A DNA stretch of 63,145 nt, filler included, from Octopus bimaculoides (taxonomy: Eukaryota), in assembly GCF_001194135.2 (NCBI RefSeq). It is 5 parts of 5 records of this genome, joined end to end, with 100 filler letters (N's around TTAATTAATTAA, not from the genome) between each part and the next. Parts side by side here need not be neighbours in the genome. Positions count along the whole stretch, not along the records: positions 1 to 25,221 come from NC_068990.1; 4 more parts are not named here. One strand, 5' to 3'. Position numbers and translations under genes: made by a program. Shown piece by piece: positions 12,453-24,829 of this stretch; position 1 is the first letter of the stretch, and every line of letters begins with the position of its first letter. Under the pieces are notes generated by a model, which searched no databases, had not been told where the DNA came from, and saw nothing but the letters and a program-made list of their open reading frames with translations.

Positions 12453-15280
12453 ATGCTCTAAAGAAAGCAATTAAAGCAAAATCAGTTAGGTACAGTAAGG
12501 CCCTAGCATTAGACAGAAATAGAATAGAGGGAGACCTAGTTAAGAAATTAGATGTACTTAGAACTGGCATCGCATCCAACGTACTGGCAGCAAGGTTGGC
12601 CCTCGACCAACACTTCAACGCTAAACACAAAGGATGTGTTATCAGAGCTAGGATGCGTGCTCTGAGGAATGAAGGAGTTGGAGCCGCCCGAGAAGCTTGA
12701 GTGGCAGAGGCGCAACGAGGCAACAGAGCCACCATTAGGTCACTTGCAGATGAACAAGGACCCAGATTACTCGAGCCTGAAAGGATGTGTGAGGCCTTTC
12801 AACAACACTTTGCGTGACTGTTTGAGACAACTGGTGGGTCAGAACGCAGAGTGGACTTTAGTGCCTACCTGCATGGCCTGCCACGACTCTCAGCAAGAGA
12901 GGTGGAGTGTTGTGAAAGACCCATCACAGCCACAGATGTATGAGATGCGATAGCAGGCTGCGCAAGAGACAAGTCACCAGGTTGGGATGGGCTGCCCTAC
13001 GAACTTTATTGTCATATGCTAGACTTGTTTGGAGGCGTCTTGGCAGCTGTCTACTGCAACTGGCAGCAAAACAGGAGTATCCCCATCTTTGTAAAGCAAG
13101 GAGCAATGGCACTGCTAAAGAATGATCCAAACAAGGGGAATTTCATAGATAACTTCAGGCTTATCACTCTGCTCAACGCAGATTTGAAAATTTTGGCCAA
13201 GGTGTTAGCCAAGAGATTGGCGCTTGTCATCGAGAAACTAGTCGACAAGGTGCAAACGTGCGCTGTGCCAGGTAGGAGTATCTATGACAACTTCCATCTG
13301 ATGCGCTACAAGGTAGTTAAGGATCTTGGCACAAGTGGGGCGCTGATCAATTTGGATCAATCAAAAGCTTTTGATAGGGAAGACCATCACTACTTGGAGG
13401 CTTTCCTTAAAGCGGCTGGTTTCGGTCCCGTCTTCGGCGGTTGGATCGCTGCCTTATACAGCAGCATCCGCTCGGTAGTCTGCGTAAATGGTCATCTATC
13501 CAGACCATTTAACATCATGCGTTCGGTTCATCAAGGATGCCCCCTCTCATCGCTTCTGTATGTATTGACTCTTGAGCCACTACTGCAGAAGCTGGCGACG
13601 CTGAGGGGCATCCCATGAGAGCTGGGATGCGGGAGGAGCGTGTCTGCATACGCAGACGACGTCACCGTCATAGTGTTGAGCCACAAGCACATCGACCTGG
13701 TTGGCGAGACACTAAAAGAATACGAAGCAGTAACGGGAGCAAAAATTAACTGGGAAAAGTTAATTGGTCTTGCGGCTCGGCACCTGGAGATGCAAGCCCA
13801 TACCATCCAACAGCACTCCATCATGGGATGCTGGACGGACGGACCAGTTAAATTGCTCGGAGTCTGGTTCGGTCCGGACCTCCAAATGGAGAAGAACTAG
13901 GGTGAAATAACGACTAGGGTGGTCACTCTCACCCAGCAATGGGCCGAGAGGAAGCTATCCCTAAAAGGTCAAGCAGAGGTAGCGAACGCGTACATCGCAG
14001 CCGTCATCAAGTACCATCTGACTGTTGTGCCTTGTCCCGACCCTGCCATCACCAAACTGGAACACATACTCTTCCGCTTCTTGTGGAAGGGAAGCGTTCC
14101 GATGGTCCAGGCGATCCATTTGCTGTCAACACCCGCTAAATTGAGGGCTAGGCATTATATGGTTGATGATGCGCAGACATGCGCTGAGACTGCAACATCT
14201 ACGGTGCTTCATAGACGATGGTGAACAGGTGTCGTCTCCGTTTGTGCGGCGCGCTTTCCCGCAGCTCATCTCCTTGGCCGAACTGCAGTCGTGGATCAAA
14301 CAGAGACCGAGGCTAAGCAAATGGCACCATGAGTGTCGCATTGCTCTCAAGCAACTCTGCCATCTGGGACCAAACTTGAGTGACTTCATTACAACAAAAG
14401 CGTTCTATAGAGGATTAGTGGAGGGGAGGTGCAATGAAGCTCTCAGGCAGAATCTGGGCATTGATGAGGAACACCTAACCCACCTGTTCAGGACAATTTT
14501 CAGGCCGGGACCTATGGACAATCACCAAAGATCCCTGGCCTGGCAGTGCTATCGAGAAGCATTACCTGTTCAGGATAAGCTCTACAGGCACGGTTCGAGA
14601 CACACCAGACTGACTTGCCCGAGATGTGATCAGAGTGACAAAACCGTTCTGCATGCACTTGTGCAGTGTCCAGCCATTTCGGACCTGTGGGCTTATGCCA
14701 AACGGCTGCTGTCACATGTGAGACGAGTCTACCTGTCGGCCAAGTCTATCGTGGAATTGTTCTGCCACCTCCCCTCAACCGGGAAGGCAGTCTTCATCGT
14801 ACTGGTGGCCATGGTGAAAGAATGTGTGTGGTGGACTCAAGCAAAAGGATTAGAGACAAACACTTACCTCTCTGGCCAATCGCTCATCAAGTTTTTCAAG
14901 TAGAAAGGAAGGTGAGAATGGAGAGGCAGGTTTTGTTTTGTGAAAGTTTAAAAAAAGGTGGGTGAATCTAGTAAAAATGATGCAAGCGAGTGACGAAACC
15001 ACTTTGAGCATGATCCTGAGGTTACCGTGGTCTTTTCCGTAGGCTTTTCTTTCCATGGATAAACCTAATCTTGCTTCTTACATTTAAAAATTTTCTTCTG
15101 TGATACACGATCCCTTTAGATCGCCTTTTTTTCCTTTTTTTTTTTTCCTGACCCCTTTTGATCGGAATTTTACATTTTTTCTCTTTTTCTCCCCCTTTTT
15201 CTTTTTCAAAAATGAAAGCTCTACATTTGTATTTGTCCCCTCTGTGTTCAGCCCAGTGTGGCCAATCAAGAAAGTTATCT
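12451..15280 (+). mobile_element. Tx1/L1-like LINE, 5'-truncated, degenerate
   Basis: DQSKAFDR, QGCPLSSLLYVL, AYADDVTV and C-terminal CPRC...H...C motifs, followed by a 3' UTR and ATCT repeats. Confidence 0.9.
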
Positions 15281-15299
15281 ATCTATCTGTCTGTCTGCC

Positions 15300-18200
15300 C
15301 GTCCACAATTCCACATAGTCAGCTACACAGATCACAAACTTGTGACGTGTATGCTAGACTTAGATAAGACACATAGACAGGGTCCCGGGTACTGGAAACT
15401 AAATACGTCTTTCCCATCGAGACAGGCTTTCAGAGACTGGATTAGCTAGTAAAGAGGGCTTTGACGGGAGCCATCATCAACAACAAATTGTGGTTTGCCC
15501 TCAACAGAGCAATAAAAGCAGAAGCGATTAGGTATAGCAAAGCACTAGCCATATGCAGAAACAAAGTAGAGGGTAACCTAGTTAAGAAGCTAGAAGAGGC
15601 AATTAGAAGTGGCATCGTATCTGACATTTTGGCGGCGACGTTGGCCCTTGACCAACACTTCAATGCCAAACACGAAGGGTGTGTTGTCAGAGCTAGATGC
15701 GTGTTCTAAGGAACGAAGGTGTTGGAGCCGCATGAGAGGCCTGGGTGGTGGAGGTGCAACAGGGCAACAAAGTCACCATTCGGTCTCTGGTAGATGAACA
15801 AGGGCACAAATTACTCAAGCTAAGTAAAATGTGTGAGGTCTTTCAACAGCATTTTGCCTGACTGTTCGGAATGAGTGGTGAGCGAGAATGCAGGGTGGAC
15901 TTCAGTACCTACCTGCACAGCCTGTCACGACTCTCAGCAAGAGAGGCAGGGTGCTGCGAAGGTGTCATCACAGCAGCAAAAGTGCGGGACACGATAGCAG
16001 AATGCTCCAGGGACAAATCGCCGGGTTTGGATGGTCTACCCTAAGAGCTTTACAGTTGTATGCCAGACTTGTTTGGAGACATCTTGGCAGCAGTCTACTG
16101 CAACTGGCAGCAAAACGGGAGCATCCCCGGTTTTGTGAGCCGAGGAGCCATAACGCTACTGAAGAAAGACCCAAACAAGGGGGACATAATAGATAATTTT
16201 AGGCCCATCACTCTGCTCAACGCAGACTTGAAAATTTTGGCTAAGGTGTTATCCAAGAGGTTGGCGCTTGTCATTGAGAAACTGGTCTACAAGGTGCAAA
16301 CGTGCGCCGTGCTGGGCTGGAGCATCCATGACAACCTCCATCTGATGCGCTACAACATAGACAGGGTAGTTAAGGAACTTGGCATGGGTGAGGCCCTGAT
16401 CAATTTGGATCGATCCAAAGCTTTCGATAGGGTAGACCATCGATACTTGGAGGCTGTCCTCATAGCAGACAGTTTTGGTCCCGTCTTCTGTGACTGGATG
16501 GCTACCTTGTACAGAGGCATCTGTTTGGTAATTCGCGTAAATGGGCTCTATTGAGAACTTTCGACATTGCACGTTCGGTCCGTCAGCGATGCCCCCTCTC
16601 GAACCACTACTGTAGAAGCTGGCGACGCTGAGGGGCATCTCGCGAGAACTGGGGCACGGGATGAGCGTGTCTGCATACGCGGATGACTCACCGTCATAAT
16701 GTCTAACCATGAGCACATCGAGCTGGTTGGCGAGACACTGAAAGACTACGAAACGGTGACGGGAGCAAAAATCAACCGGGAAAAGTCAATAGGTTTGTGG
16801 CTCGGCACCTGGAGATGCAAGCCCATGTAGTGGGACGCTGGACAGACGGACCGGTCAAGTTGCTCGGGGTCTGGTTCGGTCTGGACCTCCAAACGGAGAA
16901 GAACTGGGACTAGATAACGAGTAGGGTGGTCACTCTCTCCCAGCAATGGACCAAGAGGAAGTTGTACTTAAAAGGTCAGGCGGAGGTGGCAAACGCGTAC
17001 ATCGCGTCCATCATCTACTACCACCTGACCGTCGTGCCTTGTCCCAACCCTACCATCACCAAACTAGAACGCACTCTCTTCCGCTTCTTGTGGAAAGGAT
17101 GTGTTCCAATGGTCAGGCGATCCGTTTGCTGCCAACACCCATTAAAAGGAGGGCTGGGCATGCCGTGGTTGATGATGCGCAAACACGAGCTGAGACTGCC
17201 ACATCTCCAGCTCTACGTAGACGACGATGAACAGGTGTGGTCGCCGTTTGTGAGGCGCACTTTCCCGCAGCTCGTCTCCATGACTGAATTGCAGTCGTAA
17301 CTCAAAAAGAGGCCGAGGAAGGGCAAATGGCACCGCGAGTGTCACATTGCTCTCAAGGAACTATGCCATCCCGGTTTGACCTTGAGTGACTTCAACACAA
17401 CCAAAGCATTCTATAGGGGATTAGTGGGGGGAGGCACGACGACGATCTTGGGGCGAACCTGGGTGTCAACGAGGAATACCTGACCCACCTGTTCGAGACG
17501 ACTTTCAGGCCGGGACCTATAGACAACTTCCAGTGATCCCTGGCCTGGTAGTGCTATTGAAAAGCGCTACCCATTCGGGATAAGCTCTACAGGCATAGCT
17601 TGAGAAACACAGGGCTGACCTGCCCGAGATGCGGTCAGAGCGACAAAACTGTTCTGCATGCACTTGTACAGTGTCCAACCATTTCCGACCTGTGGGCCTA
17701 TATCGAATGACTTCTATCGTGTGTGGAACAAGTCAGTTTATCAACCGAGTCTATCATGAATATTGTCGCACCTCCTTCCTTGAAATGGAAAGGAAGAGCC
17801 ATTTTCGTCGTACTTGTGGGTATGGCAAAAGAATGTGTATAGTGGACGTGTCTGAATGGTCTAGAGACAAACACTTTCCTCTCTGGTGAATCTCTCATCA
17901 ACTTCTCCAAGTATCACTTGAAGAGGAAGGTGAGAGTAGAGAGGGAAGTTTTGTCTAGTGAATATTTCAAAATAAGATGGGTGAATGTAGCAAGGATGGG
18001 ACGTGTGATTGATGAAGCTGTCATGTGATTTTTTTGCATGACATTATTGCCCGAGGTTACTGTGGTCTTTTCCGTAGGCTTTTCTTTCCACAGATAAACC
18101 TAATCTGTTTCCCTTTTTACACTATGACATTTCTATGATACACGATCCATATTGATCGGCTTTTTTTTTCTTTTAACAATCTCTTTTGATCGAATTTCTA

Positions 18201-18310
18201 CTCCACTTTCTGCTTTTTTTCTTTTCCTTCTCTTCCCAAAAAGAAAAGCTCTACTTTGTATTTTGTCCCCTCTGTGTTCAGCCCTGTGTGACCAATAAAG
18301 AAACATATCT
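15300..18310 (+). mobile_element. Second tandem Tx1/L1-like LINE copy (starts in the endonuclease C-terminus)
   Basis: TDHKLV...GPGYWKLNTS, NFRPITLLNADLKIL, DRSKAFDRVDH and GGLGMP motifs; same 3' UTR, ending in ATCT repeats. Confidence 0.9.
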
Positions 18311-18519
18311 ATCGATCTATCTATCTATTTTATGGACGGCTGATAGTCACATCGACTCGTAGTAAGTTTGCATTTAATTGCCTTCAAAAGTTGTGTATTG
18401 TATAATATTTTTTATGTAAAAGTTGTGCAACAACTAATAGATTTGATTGTGCAAATTGTTTGCACGGGAAACCTGCCCTGCGTGGCGTGTTTCCTAATTT
18501 TGTGAATTTGTTTTTGGCT

Positions 18520-19850
18520 TTCTTAGCCATTTTTGTTTTGAGGATAGCGTCTTGAAGCCATGAAGACGGTTTTGTAACGAACACCGGTCTCCTTGGCAAC
18601 TCGTTTGACATTGAGTTCCCTACACTGCCTTCACCACAGCTTCCTGAAGGAGGGAAGGAGGGGAGAAGTCTCATACAAGCAAGTGCAAGTGTGAGCATGA
18701 ATGCCAGCACCGCCACCAACACCAGCAACAGCAGCGATATCATCACAAAGCCATCGACCTCCATGAAAGAAAATACCAACACTACCACTACAACTTCACC
18801 TTCAACTGCTAAAATGGACACCTCTGCTACCAACACTACCACCAAAAACAAATCAAATTTTGCAGAAACCTTAAAACAAAAAAAAGACCATTCTACACTT
18901 CACAACAGAACAAATAAAACAAAGTCCCTCTTAACTCAAGAAGGCTCAAATCTACACCTCAACATCCCACAAAACATCATAGACACCACACAAAAGAGAA
19001 CAATCGTGTATAAAATCATTAACACGAAAACACGCAGACCAGAACAAGCACCACAGGAACTGATAGAAAAATGTTTGCATCCGATATGGGCATACAAGGA
19101 TTATGTGAACTGGTGGAAGAGATATGCCACAATAAAAGTTCGCTTCGACAGCAAAGAAAAAGCGAAAGAACTGTCAACACTCACCATACAGTCTGAGAAA
19201 CTAATTTTAATTCCGACCTACCTTGGTCAACGTGACCAAATTCTCCATCAAAAATGTCCCTCTGGAAGTAGTCACAGTGGCTATCATCTGCCATTTGCTA
19301 CAACATGGAGGAGAACATAAACATCCTAGAGATTGCTGCCTTGGAGCAACAAAATTGGTTGGGAAAAATGATTCAGCTGCCAGACGGCCAAAACCAATAC
19401 ATGGTGGTAAAAGGTTGGAGGCCTTGCTGTTACTTGTGTGGCAGCGAAGAAAACCTAAAAACTGATTGCCCTACAGCAAAGAAACAACAAAAACAAGAAC
19501 AACCACAACAAGGAAAAAGTGAAAGGGAAAAAGAACTCTTACTACCCACACCACCATCAGCGCAGATGGTAAGCAAAGGGAGTATGACAAAAGAAACACT
19601 CTAACCAAACCCACCAACACCAACAAATGAACATACAACAGCATCTAGAAAAACACCAACAACAGCAAGAACCAAAGAAACAGTAAAACCAAAAGACAAT
19701 ACAAAAACTGATTCCCCTTCCCCCACATCACATACACCACACACAAACAGTCAACAACCAACATCACCGAAAACAACAACACAACCACTTACACAAACAC
19801 ACACAGAAGGTTACAACATGCCCCTACCCCCTTCCAATTCCTCAGAAATT
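18520..19850 (+). pseudogene. L1/Tx1-type ORF1 (gag-like) with zinc-knuckle remnant
   Basis: SNFAETLK, KVRFDSKEKAK and CYLCGSEENLKTDC (CCHC-like, H to N) motifs; frameshifted. Confidence 0.65.
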
Positions 19851-19852
19851 TT

Positions 19853-19925
19853 TATCTATCTATCTATCTATCTACCTATCTATCTATCAGCCAATCTAGC
19901 TACCTATATTTCTATCTATCCATCT
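19853..19925. repeat. (ATCT)n microsatellite
   Basis: Direct reading. Confidence 0.9.
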
Positions 19926-20195
19926 CCATTGTCTTGGAACCTCACCAAAAAAACAAAAAACAAAAACAATGCTCTCTTCTAAACACCCCCTCCCCCCCAA
20001 AAAAACCATCTGTTTTATATAAATGAACAAGCTGTTTGTATATTCACAAAATTGTATTTGACAAGTTCTAGAGAGGAAGGAAAGCACTAATAATAATGAA
20101 GAAGTAAAAGGATTTTTTTCCAAAATTCTGACGACATTTTTTTCTCTCAATATTCAATTCTGTACATCACACCTAACACTCTATACATACATATA

Positions 20196-20221
20196 TAGAT
20201 AGATAGATAGATAGATAGATG

Positions 20222-20252
<31 letters not shown>
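20196..20252. repeat. (GATA)n microsatellite
   Basis: Direct reading. Confidence 0.95.
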
Positions 20253-20253
<1 letters not shown>

Positions 20254-20356
20254 TACATACAGTATATATTGCAGTATATATATACATAAATATATAAACA
20301 TATATATATACATTATTTACATTTGACGGATATTTGTCCTCATCTTGTTTATTGTT

Positions 20357-20386
20357 AACACAACATTTCGGCCTTCGTCAGGTGTC
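20357..20386 (-). ncRNA. Minimal type I hammerhead (helix II reduced to GGCC)
   Basis: GACAC-CTGACGA-A-GGCC-GAAA-TG-TT-GTGTT. Confidence 0.6.
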
Positions 20387-20467
20387 TTGGGGAAATTTTG
20401 AACCTGGGTTCTCATTCCTAACGATGTTACTATTATTATATTATTATTATTATTACTATTATTAATC

Positions 20468-20541
20468 AGGTCGCTGCCGTGAATCGAACTCAGAATCTTG
20501 GGGTTAGTAGCCCGCGCTCTTAACCACTACGCCATATGCCC
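20468..20541 (-). other. tRNA-derived Pol III cassette (not a functional tRNA)
   Basis: A box TGGCGTAGTGG, B box GTTCGATTC, anticodon-like arm GGG-CTACTAA-CCC; poor acceptor stem. Confidence 0.75.
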
Positions 20542-20570
20542 GTAGGCAATTATGGAGTGAATTTTAGGGC

Positions 20571-20902
20571 TTATAAATCTATTATTTTTTTATCCTTCCT
20601 CAATACCGGTTCCCATATGCTATTCATATCTGCACTCGGTCTGCTTAGGAGGTTGTTGTGTCCTAGCATATGTGCTGCTTCTTTTAGTTTTCTTTTTTCC
20701 AGTGTTGTTCCCTGTCTATTATTTTAACTTCATCCCACAGGGGGAGGTGGTCTCCATTTTGCCATACATGATCAGCTATACCCGATTTATCAATATCTCC
20801 TCGTGTCACAGCTTTGCGATGTTCTTCTACCCTTATTTTGAGGGGGCGGCATGTTTCGCATTTGTATAACCTACCACAGCCGCATGGGATGGAGTATACG
20901 CA
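20571..20902 (-). pseudogene. PLE GIY-YIG endonuclease C-terminal part (absent from the ORF track; one frameshift near 20695)
   Basis: Manual translation: CVYSIPCGCGRLYKCETCRPLKIRVEEHRKAV...KSGIADHVW...WDEVKIIDREQHW/RKLKEAAHM...IWEPVL...DL*. Confidence 0.85.
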
Positions 20903-21138
20903 GATTCCGAGTTCGATTCACGGCAGCGACCTGATTAATAATAGTAATAATAATAATAATATAATAATAGTAACATCGTTAGGAATGAGAACCCAGGTTC
21001 AAAATTTCCCCAAGACACCTGACGAAGGCTGGAGGGTATATCAGCCAAAACGTTGTGGTAACAACAAACAAGATGAGGACAAATATCCGTCAAATGTAAA
21101 TAATGTAAATAATTCCTCATCTCTTAAATATAGAACTG
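20903..21138 (+). mobile_element. Inverted, 5'-truncated copy of the tRNA-HHR cassette
   Basis: Starts at the B-box region and ends CCTCATCTCTTAAATATAGAACTG followed by (TA)n. Confidence 0.85.
21014..21058 (+). ncRNA. Type I hammerhead copy (G12 to A)
   Basis: GACAC-CTGACGA-A-GGCTG-GAGGGTATAT-CAGCC-AAAA-CG-TT-GTG. Confidence 0.55.
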
Positions 21139-21199
21139 TATATATATATACATATATATATACGCGCATATATATATGCATATATATGTGTGTGTGTGC

Positions 21200-21640
21200 A
21201 TATATGGGTACAGGACATCACCAACAGTAAACAACATGAAATACGAAAACAAATGAGTTCAATATGCAAACAATAAGAGAAACAAATGGTAAACAGGTCA
21301 AGTAACACAAAGAACGACCCTTCATCAGTTGTTGACTGTCTATCTACTCCTCATTTCGAGCACTAAACGGCAATATGAGTCTTTGAAGACAGTTGCTCCT
21401 ATAAGTACCAAAATAAAATTTTGGATTTACGGAGTGTCAAAGTTGGGAACAAAAACAGGACAGTGGAGATATACAAGGAAACCAAACAAAAACAAACATG
21501 GATGGTTGTAAGACCAGAACGAGGTAGAATAGCAAATGCTGGAGAAATGTCTTCTTTGAAAAGATAGAAGAGAGAGATAGAATATGTCCAGTTGTTAGGA
21601 CAGTCCTGAAATAAAAGAAAGATGATCACGTGAGGAATAT
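21200..21640 (-). mobile_element. Family X repeat copy
   Basis: Reverse-complement similarity to 883-1490 and 27860-28540. Confidence 0.75.
21316..21393 (-). ncRNA. Candidate permuted hammerhead motif (core intact, helix I degraded)
   Basis: CTCAT-A-TTGCCG...GCTC-GAAATGAG...CAACAA-CTGATGA-A-GGGT. Confidence 0.45.
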
Positions 21641-21899
21641 ATGCATATATATATACTAGCCAATGAAAAATGCGGACGCATACTAACAATATTCTTAACA
21701 ATTAAACCTGGAAATGTAGAGGACAAGAAAAACTCATTCTAATTAGGACTGCTCATAGAGATAAAGCCACAAATAGTCGCATGTGTGTGACTCTTTATAA
21801 ACTTTTTTGATAGCGCCCTGTAAAATTTTGTCACCTTTCTTGTCTTTTCCTCTCTCCCTCTTTTATTCTTTTTTTCTTTTTCTCTCCCCTCCCCCATTC

Positions 21900-22676
21900 T
21901 AGTATATTCGTTGCTAATAGATATGGCAATTTGGAGAAAGAAATTCCATAAAGAATTAGGAAAGCAAGTGATGCTTTCGGAAGGCTAGAAAGACGTCTCT
22001 GGGGTCGGCGAGACATATGCAGGAAGACCTGGGTCACATATCGTTACCACCTTAAGCAACTGCAACATTTCCATCAGACGTGTCTCAGACGGATCTGTGG
22101 CATCAAGTGGGAGGACCACATCAGCGATCTTGAGATATTGGAAAGCTCTCTCGGTGTGAAAGCGTAGAAGCTCTTGTGTTGAAGCAAAGGTTCAGATGGA
22201 GTGGTCATTTGGTCAGGATGAAAGATTCAAGGATGCCAAAACAACTCTTTTATGGAGAGTTAGCTAAAGGAGAACGACCTCCACATAAACCAAAAAAAGA
22301 GATATAAAGACTTGCTTAAGGTTTCTTTGAGAGATGCCAACATCTCTCCTAACATGTGGGAAGGCATAGCTACTGACCGTGGCAGGTGGAGATGTCAGGA
22401 GGGATGTCAGGAAGGGCATTGTTGTTGCACTTCCAGATGGCAAGGGTCTTCCTATGACACTGACATGCAGTGTCTGTGCAAGACCGTGCCTCAGTAAAGC
22501 TGGGCTTATGAGTCATCTTCGTAGTCATAAAGCAAGACCAATGATTGACTACCAGGCCGTTGATGATGCTGCTACACACCATATTAATCATGTCTGTCGG
22601 GCATATGGAAGGGAGTGTGATTCAGCAGGACTTAAACGACACGCAAAGGTACATGGAGCCCAATTCCAACAACAGC
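21900..22676 (+). mobile_element. RTE-clade LINE 3' fragment with C-terminal C2H2 zinc finger(s)
   Basis: RIRKASDAFGRLERRLW and CSVCARPCLSKAGLMSHLRSH motifs. Confidence 0.8.
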
Positions 22677-22989
22677 NNNNNNNNNNNNNNNNNNNNNNNN
22701 NNNNNNNNNNNNNNNNNNNNNNNNNNNNNNNNNNNNNNNNNNNNNNNNNNNNNNNNNNNNNNNNNNNNNNNNNNNNTAATTTTATAGTAAATATAATATG
22801 ATTAAAATTTTTATTGCCTTCACAGTATTTACCGTTTTACAAAATCAGACTAGAAGACTGGCCAAAACAGAGAACACAATTGAAAAAAAGAAAAAGAAAA
22901 AAGAGAGAGAAAGAGAAAAAAAGGAAAAAAAAAGGAAACAACTCACCACCTTCGGTTGAAAAGTTGGGGGCGCTGGGAAACCTCTCTAA

Positions 22990-24790
22990 TGACTATTGAG
23001 ACATGCCAGCACACTTGCAGCGTTGCTGTGGGTGATGGCGAGGCTGATGCACTGGAACAGTCAAGCACCCTCACAAGCCTCACCAGTTACCTCTGCAAGG
23101 TGAGTTGCCAGTAAAGACAGGAATGTCGCAGTAAGTGGTCTGACCCCACCAAACGTCTCAAACGCCACAGGCACAATATTTCAGAATTTTGTTCCACTCA
23201 GCCACAGAAGCTGTAGATCTTACCCTTACTGCAGTATCCAGGATGTGAAAAGAAGCAAATGAAGAAGCATCTGCCTTGTGACCAGGAGCACAGGGTGATG
23301 CTGTTAGGTCTCTTCCCATCACATCTGGACAATCCAGATAGTTCCAAGATTTAGGGGATGTTTGCTTGGGCCAAGCTTCTCTTGAGTAACAGGTTCAACT
23401 CTGTATGACACGTGAAGCGACCAGCATTCAGGTGACAAGAAAGGCCAAGGAGGCCTTTGTAGTCAAGGAGCCTTCCACAATGACAGATCAAACCCGTGCA
23501 TATGTCAGCTCCCACTCTGAGGGCAATGGAGACACAAAGTTTGTCCAAGCTGAGTAGGCCACCAACATTAGCCACATGGATGGCATCAATTCAGTCACTT
23601 GAGTATTTGGTGCTAGCAGACAGTAAGCAGCACCTTGAAAACTGGTCTGACTGGATGAAGAGGGAGTCAAAGGTGGTCTTTAAAATTATGTTGTCCCAGG
23701 CTCTCTGACTCCAACAGTCCTCCACCTTCTCAAGAGCAGACAAGCCCAATTTCCTCCAGTGTTGGAGAGCTTCATCCAGTTGGAACTGGTCCATGTTGGA
23801 GAGGAGAGGATGTTGCTCACCAGGGTGGAGCAGGCATGGGTGGAGGAAAGGAAGCAGAGGAGAGAGAGGGATGAACACTTACAAAGACCAAGACCTCCAA
23901 ATTGCTTGGGCAATGAAGCCTGATCATGGGATGTTGGAGAGAGTCTGACATTGACTTAACATTTGAGTCTCTCAAAGATTAGGTTGTCGAAGCATTGGAG
24001 GCACGATGGGAATCAGTAAGATGAACTGACTCTGAGTGAATATAGAAACTTAGGGATTGAGAGGTAATNNNNNNNNNNATGTTGCTCACCAGGGTGGAGC
24101 AGGCATGGGTGGAGGAAAGGAAGCAGAGGAGAGAGAGGGATGAACACTTACAAAGACCAAGACCTCCAAATTGCTTGGGCAATGAAGCCTGATCATGGGA
24201 TGTTGGAGAGAGTCTGACATTGACTTAACATTTGAGTCTCTCAAAGATTAGGTTGTCGAAGCATTGGAGGCACGATGGGAATCAGTAAGATGAACTGACT
24301 CTGAGTGAATATAGAAACTTAGGGATTGAGAGGTAATTCCTAAGTATGAAAAAACCTTGATGGGGTTCGGTAGATTCAATATTTTTCAGCAATTGCTCAA
24401 GGGCAGCCACCTTCGACTGGAAGTCAGACTCAAGAGCAAGGTCAGTGATTGGGGCAAATAGAGAGCATCAAGCCGATGGGTGAGGGACTGCAATGGAAAG
24501 GAAGGACTCTGCAAAAAAGATCAATAGTTGGTTGATGTTGAGAAGCCAGGTGGTTGAGGATCCAGAGTTCACATTTGGAGCTGTTTACTTGGAAACCCCA
24601 GTGACCAAGCTCCCCAACCATCATGTTAGCAATGGTGAGAACCCTGCCCAGAGGTCCCCCCCCTAAATAAGTATCATCAAGATACCAGACGTTGAGGTCT
24701 AGCTTGACGCCCATCTTGGTGATGTCATCAATGCCTAGTGCGAACAGAGCGGGCCTGAGTTGGAGTCCTGAGGCAGACAAAATGATTTGG
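22990..24790 (-). mobile_element. CRE-like non-LTR retrotransposon with restriction-like endonuclease, degenerate
   Basis: WYLDD, GGLGL, CHCG..LSC..H, DGKRP(N)SITLCSW and VPVAFETFGG motifs. Confidence 0.75.
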
Positions 24791-24829
24791 TCACCGAATG
24801 AGAGATAGGAGGGCTCCCAATAAGCCTAC

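Larger units (their letters stand above)
20311..20902 (-). mobile_element. 3' fragment of a Penelope-like element: GIY-YIG end, tRNA-like cassette, (ATT)n, hammerhead
   Basis: See sub-features; the same cassette recurs at 20903, 30507, 30756 and 50334. Confidence 0.85.

Noticed and set aside
23809-24338. ~260-bp exact tandem duplication (also 7511-7690)
   Set aside because: Each pair straddles a 10-N gap and is best explained as unmerged contig overlap.
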